IMG/VR virus record: IMGVR_UViG_2609460067_000009
Direction: 5' to 3' (one strand)
DNA: 8,885 nt
DNA from: a virus
Taxonomy: Duplodnaviria > Heunggongvirae > Uroviricota > Caudoviricetes
In this document: piece by piece, positions 6,474 to 8,885 of the stretch
Layout of the letters: the number at the start of each line of letters is the position of its first letter
Numbering within the stretch: the first letter of the stretch is position 1
The notes under the pieces: generated by a model
Database searches by the model: none
What the model saw: the letters and a program-made list of their open reading frames with translations, nothing else
Told to the model about the DNA's origin: nothing
Translations under genes and position numbers: made by a program

Positions 6474-7456
6474 GTAAAGAGAAGCAAACAGTTAACGGGG
6501 ATGTGGGTAACGTTGTCAGCGGTGATGTTACCATTCATAACTATTCTGCTGACATACTTCCTTCGGCCCAGCAACCAATTTCGTTGCTGCAAAAACGCGA
6601 TTTACACAGATTGATGGATGAATTGGTTGATCTGGGGGAAAGTAAGCGCGAGCTATGGATGACGATCCACACGAAACTTAATACCAAAACAGTTAATGAA
6701 ATGACTGCGGCTGATTATCATGGTGCGGTTGAGATCCTTCAGAGATATGCACAACAGATCCAGAATATGAAGGACTGTAATCTTCTGGTCAGCAAAATAA
6801 TGGCGCTTACTGACCCTGGGTATCGTCTTGACCGTGACAGATACTGTCTGAAGCATTTCGGTACAACCCATCTTAAAGGCCTAGACAAAGAGCAGTTGCA
6901 GGCTGTGTTTGGTTATTTTGATGATCTGCTGAATATTCGTGATGAGAGTAAAACTCTATCACCTCCATCGGAAAGCGGTGCAAAATCAGTCGCAACTGTA
7001 CCAACCAGAAGCCGGAAGCCTCATGTAGTAGTGTTGGGGGGAGTGTTAGTTCTTGTAGCAATATTTTTCGTGGGAATGATTGTGTTCGCTGGTAAATGGG
7101 GAAATGCCAAAGCAGTAGCTTCTACTGAAACCAGCGTTTTTAACATTAAAACCAACGATAAAATAATAGAAGATTCCATCCCCGCACTGCGCAGCATGTT
7201 TCCAGGGTTAAATAAGTACTCAGATGATTTCCATTCGGTTTCAAGCTACAAGCAAAAAACGGGCTGGCATACCCTTAAATTTACTGTATCAGCAAAGGCA
7301 TCCGTCCCCGAAAATTATAGTGTTAAGGGCAAGGTTTGTTACATTAACATAAGCCCTGATGGTAGTTATGCTCGGGTTTTGACTGCTCCATGTCGTTCAC
7401 TGCTACTTGATCAGCAAAGCACTCCTGACAGTAAATACCGTTTTATTCTTAAATAG
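6470..7456 (+). CDS. single-pass membrane protein, unknown function (cargo gene 1 of repressor operon)
   Basis: 328-aa ORF whose ATG overlaps the repressor stop (ATGA at 6470-6473). One strongly hydrophobic segment (VVVLGGVLVLVAIFFVGMIVFAG) is preceded by basic residues (TRSRKPH). About 185 aa lie before it and about 120 aa after it, with two Cys in the latter. AT-rich codon usage unlike the transposition genes. Confidence 0.65.
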   Translation: MSKEKQTVNGDVGNVVSGDVTIHNYSADILPSAQQPISLLQKRDLHRLMDELVDLGESKRELWMTIHTKLNTKTVNEMTAADYHGAVEILQRYAQQIQNMKDCNLLVSKIMALTDPGYRLDRDRYCLKHFGTTHLKGLDKEQLQAVFGYFDDLLNIRDESKTLSPPSESGAKSVATVPTRSRKPHVVVLGGVLVLVAIFFVGMIVFAGKWGNAKAVASTETSVFNIKTNDKIIEDSIPALRSMFPGLNKYSDDFHSVSSYKQKTGWHTLKFTVSAKASVPENYSVKGKVCYINISPDGSYARVLTAPCRSLLLDQQSTPDSKYRFILK

Positions 7457-7546
7457 AAAATAACAGCTGAATTACCATGGGATCAGAAAAAAGACAAAGG
7501 CGGCATCATGCTGCGTTCTGAAATTTTAATGTAAAAGGTGATGAAC

Positions 7547-8128
7547 ATGGCAGGGATTCAGGTTATCGCAGGAAGTTTTCCTAAAGGGTGGGCAAGCATG
7601 GGGTTCGGTACCATCGTGTTTGCCAAAAAACCAAAACAAGGCTTTCCTGAAAATATTGTATTAAATCTGAAAGAAGAGCTTTTATCGATTGAACTTGCGG
7701 ATAGTGAAGAGGAAAGCCGTATAGGTAAGGCGGCAGGCGCAGGTTTGCTTGGTGGATTAATCTTTGGTGGTGCAGGGTTGGTCATTGGAGGTTTGCTTGG
7801 TGCGGCGGACAAGACGAAAAAAACTATCACTTTTAAGGCAATGTTTACGGGAAATAGGTTACTTCTGGCTAAAACAGATTCAAAAACTTTTGTAAAACTT
7901 CAGTCAATTGCTGCTGATAATGCCCATAACGCATCTGTAATCAACATGAAGCAAACTAACAGGGGCGATGTTTCTTCTCGTAAACAACTAACAGAAAATC
8001 CACAGCAGCAAGACTTACCTGCGCCCGCTACAACAGTAAAAATGACTGCCAAAGATAAGTTAGAATCGGCTCTTGGGCTGGGAATCATCGTTATAGCTGT
8101 TTGGGCAATAATACACTTCTTTTTTTAG
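7547..8128 (+). CDS. glycine-zipper membrane protein, unknown function (cargo gene 2)
   Basis: About 193 aa from the ATG at 7547 (AGGTG ribosome-binding site 6 nt upstream; the ORF-track start at 7538 is a GTG). Glycine-zipper hydrophobic segment GAGLLGGLIFGGAGLVIGGLLG with GxxxG repeats, plus a C-terminal hydrophobic helix (LGLGIIVIAVWAIIHFFF). Confidence 0.6.
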   Translation: MAGIQVIAGSFPKGWASMGFGTIVFAKKPKQGFPENIVLNLKEELLSIELADSEEESRIGKAAGAGLLGGLIFGGAGLVIGGLLGAADKTKKTITFKAMFTGNRLLLAKTDSKTFVKLQSIAADNAHNASVINMKQTNRGDVSSRKQLTENPQQQDLPAPATTVKMTAKDKLESALGLGIIVIAVWAIIHFFF

Positions 8129-8130
8129 TG

Positions 8131-8154
8131 CAGCCCTTCAGGGCTGTTTCTGTT
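8131..8154 (+). terminator. rho-independent terminator (hairpin plus T-tract)
   Basis: CAGCCC-TTCA-GGGCTG stem-loop immediately followed by TTTCTGTT, 3 nt after the stop of the glycine-zipper gene. Confidence 0.5.
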
Positions 8155-8165
8155 CAGGAGGTATC

Positions 8166-8642
8166 TTAAGGATTATCCGGGGCGTTTTCCTGTTTGCCGT
8201 ACTTCGGAGACGAACAACATTCTGTTGGCTGACCGGTGAGTTTACGTAACTCCTTCATGAGCAGCTCCTGATCGTAAACTGTCATCAGTGCCGCAATGGT
8301 GGCATGCAGTGCATCGGGCAGTATCCAGGGTTGCCGGCCCGTGGGGCATATAACATCCAGCAGCTCATTCGTCCGACAGATACGCTCCTCGCCGTATGAC
8401 AACAGGCCCTGTCCCGTGTATTCCTCCAGCCTGATCACTGTGCCACCCCGTGGCTTCTGCCAGGTCGTCAGATCTTCGCCATTCATACGGCGCTCATTCT
8501 CCACGTCAGCAGCATCGACAATGACGCTGTTTCCGAGTTCCTGTTTCACCATCTCTTCTATCCGCGCCAGTACGTAACTTTTACCGCTGCCCACAGGACC
8601 GGACACAGTGACAGTGATGACCGGATTCAGTGTGTGCGTCAT
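8166..8642 (-). CDS. small P-loop NTPase (Walker A), unknown function
   Basis: 158-aa ORF with a GAGGAG ribosome-binding site 8 nt upstream. Walker A GPVGSGKS near the N-terminus and a possible Walker B VIVDAAD. Convergent with the cargo operon; GC-richer than the cargo genes. Confidence 0.6.
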   Translation of the reverse strand: MTHTLNPVITVTVSGPVGSGKSYVLARIEEMVKQELGNSVIVDAADVENERRMNGEDLTTWQKPRGGTVIRLEEYTGQGLLSYGEERICRTNELLDVICPTGRQPWILPDALHATIAALMTVYDQELLMKELRKLTGQPTECCSSPKYGKQENAPDNP

Positions 8643-8772
8643 ATCGTATTCTCCTCTGTGAATAATTCATCGTTTATCCTGCACATCCCGTATCCCCGGC
8701 TCTCTTAACGCGCTTTAAAATCCTTCGCGCCCTGTATTTGTGATGCTGTCTCCACCAGATAAGGAGACACAC

Positions 8773-8885
8773 ATGAAAAACCTGAAAAAATTCATTCCCC
8801 CTGTTAAAAAACCTCGCCTCAGCGGCTGGCTGCTGACCTCAGTGCTGTTGCTGGGCACCATCGCTCTGGTCTCACCACAGCAGCT
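8773..8885 (+). CDS. partial CDS (5' end only): protein with N-terminal signal-anchor or signal peptide
   Basis: AAGGAGA ribosome-binding site 6 nt upstream of the ATG. Basic N-terminus (MKNLKKFIPPVKKPR) followed by a hydrophobic stretch (LSGWLLTSVLLLGTIALV). Runs off the window edge. Confidence 0.4.
   Translation, partial: MKNLKKFIPPVKKPRLSGWLLTSVLLLGTIALVSPQQ

Larger units (their letters stand above)
1..8154. mobile_element. Mu-like transposable prophage, early/regulatory arm (partial; ends not identified in window)
   Basis: Gene content and order: divergent repressor and Ner-like genes, DDE transposase followed by AAA+ ATPase, then a Gam homolog. Genes are short, tightly packed and overlapping. 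The right limit is set arbitrarily at the terminator after the cargo genes; the true boundary is unknown. Confidence 0.6.

Noticed and set aside
7477-7521. 14-codon mini-ORF (MGSEKRQRRHHAAF) in the spacer between the two cargo genes
   Set aside because: No ribosome-binding site. Too short to support from sequence alone. Could be a leader peptide, but there is no evidence.
6044-8577. Short ORFs antisense to the repressor, cargo and P-loop genes (6044-6238, 6386-6592, 6653-6871, 6873-7061, 7558-7830, 7900-8088 and 8296-8577)
   Set aside because: All lie antisense within better-supported genes, lack ribosome-binding sites and have low-complexity translations.
8733-8743. TGTATTTGTGA, resembling the start of the Mu left end (TGTATTGATTCAC)
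   Set aside because: Single occurrence in the wrong orientation for an end on this side of the repressor, with no accompanying array of transposase-binding repeats. Likely chance.
1-8885. CRISPR arrays, tRNA or rRNA genes
   Set aside because: No regularly spaced direct repeats, and no cloverleaf-like or rRNA-like sequence seen by eye anywhere in the window.

Overview
This 8.9-kb window reads as the early/regulatory arm of a Mu-like transposable prophage; neither element end is identifiable in the window. All family calls rest on motif recognition by eye, since no searches could be run. Minus strand carries a tightly packed, translationally coupled early operon: a small HTH protein at the Ner/Cro position, a winged-HTH protein, a 288-aa coiled-coil protein, a DDE transposase, an AAA+ transposition ATPase, a small Cys/His protein, a clear Gam homolog, then a zinc-ribbon protein, a 90-aa protein and a MazG-like pyrophosphohydrolase. 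Plus strand, divergent from that operon: an XRE-family repressor-like gene followed by two visibly AT-rich cargo genes encoding membrane proteins, closed by a hairpin terminator. Beyond it lie a convergent small P-loop NTPase gene and the start of a signal-anchored protein gene. The best candidate for an undescribed system is the repressor-linked two-gene membrane module (6470-8128), which sits where prophages classically carry lysogeny-expressed exclusion or abortive-infection genes. No rRNA, tRNA or CRISPR array was seen.
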